This document shows positions 61,453-64,000 of a stretch of DNA of 64,000 nucleotides, in pieces. The stretch is from contig NC_090210.1 of NCBI RefSeq assembly GCF_033026475.1, positions 20,383,376 to 20,447,375 of the forward strand. The letters are read 5' to 3'. The position numbers were made by a program, and so were the translations under genes. This DNA comes from Channa argus (lineage: Eukaryota). Under the pieces are notes generated by a model. That model saw only the letters and a list, made by a program, of their open reading frames with translations. It made no database searches and was not told the DNA's origin. How positions within the stretch are numbered: position 1 is the first letter of the stretch; each line of letters begins with the position of its first letter.

Positions 61453-64000
61453 GTTTCTGTCCAGTGGGAGTTGGCTTTGTTGTGTGACTGGAGCTTGTCG
61501 GGGTGGACGGGCGTCCTTGGCTTAAGCTCCAGCTTCAGTGTCTGGACAGACAGGGCGAACACTGAGCTCTGATTAAAGAGAAGCTGGATTTAAAGCCTCC
61601 TGAGTGTCACCTAGCATTCATATGAGCTCTATGAGTCTGGCTAATAAAAACATATCGCGAGCAGCAGCTCACTTTAATATATATTCAGTAATTATTTAAG
61701 TCCAAATCTGTTTGTCTGTCTTAAACCACAGCATAAGAAAAGCTCCGGAGAACTGTGGTATGTGTGTCCCAGACCTGCTGTCTGCCTGAAGGAAGCCAGA
61801 GGCATGTTACTGTTTCCTGCACGGGGAAATCGTTAACACGTAATTAGTTAACGTGTACAACTACTGGTGTTATACTTCATGTGATCTGCAAACACAAAGC
61901 TGCAGTTACAAATGTGAATAACACTCCACTTCAGTCAGAGACCCTTTTTCTGCATATATGGAAAGATTTGTTAGGCGGGACTCAGCTGTTTCAAGGAGCT
62001 CTCAAGGAACAACAAGGCTTCGGATGGGAGAGCTAATCTTCTCAACACATGCACGAACACCAGATCCCGAAAAGGTATAAATTACCAAACGATTTAACTG
62101 CAGTGTGGAAAGGCTGCAGCAGCAAACAAGTGTGGCTGTGAAAGTATCAACAGAATAACAGGCTATAAACAGGTCCTTGTACACATGCATGAATCGAATT
62201 ATACTAATAAGGCTGTGGCCAAGCAGCTGATAAATGGCCACGTCTCCCTGTCGAAATGAATGTAATGGCCCATATTTTTTCCCCATTTTTCAACTGTGCC
62301 CAGACCAACAATACAGTAAGTGGCCTCTATCCACGAGCAAGTCCAGACTGCAAACTGGGTTTTCCTATATGTCTGTGCTGTTCAAAATTGATTAAAAACA
62401 CTCCACTTTTTAAAAAGGCTTGGCAAAGAAATGTAGAAAAAAGTTGCACTAAGTTGCCATTACTTTGTACAATGGATGAAAGAGAGCAACGACACATGTG
62501 CAAGTTCACCAGTGGAATTATGGCAACAAATGCATTTTCACTGTTCTGCATATATCTGCACTCAAATCCAGTTTCTGGAATACGACAGGTTGCATGTTCA
62601 TAAAGTTGCAGGTTCTGCCAATTTAATAGCTGTAGAGCTAAATATCTGCCGACACGAAGCCTTGCTGTGATAATCCTATGCATGTTTTTTAATGAAAATG
62701 TTCATTTTATGTTTTTAGGTGTTTTATTTTTTTGGTGCTCTAAGACTACATTCAGGAATCAGGACTTTTAACACGAATGCAACAACGGTGAACTCTTTGA
62801 TGTTAGTCTGGTCTCTGTGACAGCAGGCTTATACCCGTTTGCTTTGACCGTCCGATGGATGTTTGGTGACACCAACCTTCCACCTGGCATGGAGATCCTA
62901 TCTGAACGAGCCAGCACGAGCAGAGACCATTTCACCCCGGAAAAGTTTAGAAAAAAATATAATTTCTATTTTCACTGATGTTTCATCTTATCTAATGTTC
63001 CCCGCTCAGGGATTTTTGGTGGGTCACTGTGGTCTGTTTCACTGTGATACAGCTGTGAGCCTCAGTCACCTGGTCCTGCTCTGTTTCCATAGAAACCATG
63101 TAGGGACCGGAGCATGGCCAGAAGAGATACAGGAGACCACGTTTTTATCTTTTGTGGTGGCAGATTAATCTTTCATTGTGTAGTGAAGAATGCCAACAGA
63201 GGAAACATCAACCTCATAAATTTTTTAACAGTTAACAAACTGTGATTGTTTTTTACCTGACTTTTTCATCGGTTCCTTCTCTTTGTTCTTCTTTTCTTTC
63301 TGGTCTGCAATGTGAAACCACAAAAAGCAACGTCACACTACTGTGGTTGTGTTTCTGTAGGTGTGTGTGTGCTTTAGACATGCCTCTATTTAAGTCTCAA
63401 GCCTTCAGGCAGAGTTTTCCATCTACCTTTAGATATTTCTTTAACTTCGTTGTCCTACTGAGGCTGCAAATCTCTTTCATCCTGCATCAACACGAGCACA
63501 AAGGTTGCAGATAAAACAGCTCACAGCAGTGTGCCCGAGGAAAGCAAAATTACTGTACACAACCTGCTAACTCTGTATCGGTATTCATAGTGTAAGCAAT
63601 CAAAACTAAGCATCAGGATCAGAGGTTTGTTCTTGCACTTACAAAGCCAGTGGTGCCCTGCTTCAAATGACTTTGAGTTTGTGAGGTACAAGCTCTAACA
63701 GATTATGAGAAAATGGGCCCCTGGGTAAAGACAGGGGGAGGGGCCCCTCCTTTTTCTTTCTGGTCATTTTGAGCCTGTTCGTAGTAACATAGTAACACAT
63801 TACATTTGTTCATTCATTTTGCACTTGTTTTTAAGTTATTTTATATTGCTTTGTGCTTGTTGTCCAGCTTTTTGAGTCACGCCAAGATTTCACAAAGCAA
63901 AAACCAAACAGAATGAAATCTAAGGAATCAAAATGCAGTTGAAATGTCTGTTTTTTGAAATGTCGTGTGCTTTGCACCTATGATCTTCCATTTGTAATGA

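Noticed and set aside
1-64000. Prokaryotic-style features (operons, CRISPR arrays, defence systems, rRNA or tRNA genes)
   Set aside because: The sequence is vertebrate nuclear DNA with spliced genes. The only tRNA-like sequence (58340-58400) is the head of a SINE, not a tRNA gene. No CRISPR-like spacer-repeat structure exists.

Overview
This is a eukaryotic window, almost certainly teleost fish nuclear DNA. The evidence is the exon-intron structure with GT-AG splice sites, Tc1/mariner, L2/RTE-type and SINE-like interspersed repeats, and microsatellites. There are no prokaryotic-style operons, CRISPR arrays or defence islands.

The core of the window is a tandem array of an SLC6 Na+/Cl- dependent transporter gene of the GABA/taurine/creatine/betaine subfamily. 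Copy A (7165-11264, +) has 14 coding exons and an intact 583-codon reading frame. Copy B (13164-18750) is a badly decayed pseudogene: truncated exon 1, missing exons 2-5, a TGA stop, partial deletion of exon 9 and a 2.4 kb non-LTR retrotransposon insertion replacing exons 11-12. Copy C (26358-35799, +) has all 14 exons intact but larger, transposon-filled introns, and a CGA to TGA change that shortens the C-terminal tail. Degenerate relics of the penultimate SLC6 exon lie between the copies.

Immediately downstream and convergent is pold3 (DNA polymerase delta subunit 3), on the minus strand from the start codon at 42446 to the stop at 36766. It is recognisable exon by exon, including the N-terminal MDELYLDNIDEF motif, the KGIMGMF motif and the C-terminal PCNA-interaction box QASIMGFF. 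Decayed copies of the 3'-terminal pold3 exons are scattered through the SLC6 array (11580-12485, 20135-20300, 21700-21850). This shows that the duplicated unit spanned the 3' ends of both convergent genes.

The rest of the window (0-7000 and 42700-64000) is gene-poor. It contains nested Tc1/mariner fragments, SINE-like repeats, microsatellites and a few CpG-rich stretches. One weak candidate signal-peptide exon sits near 54155. Exon coordinates below were worked out by hand from the sequence and may be off by 1-2 bp.
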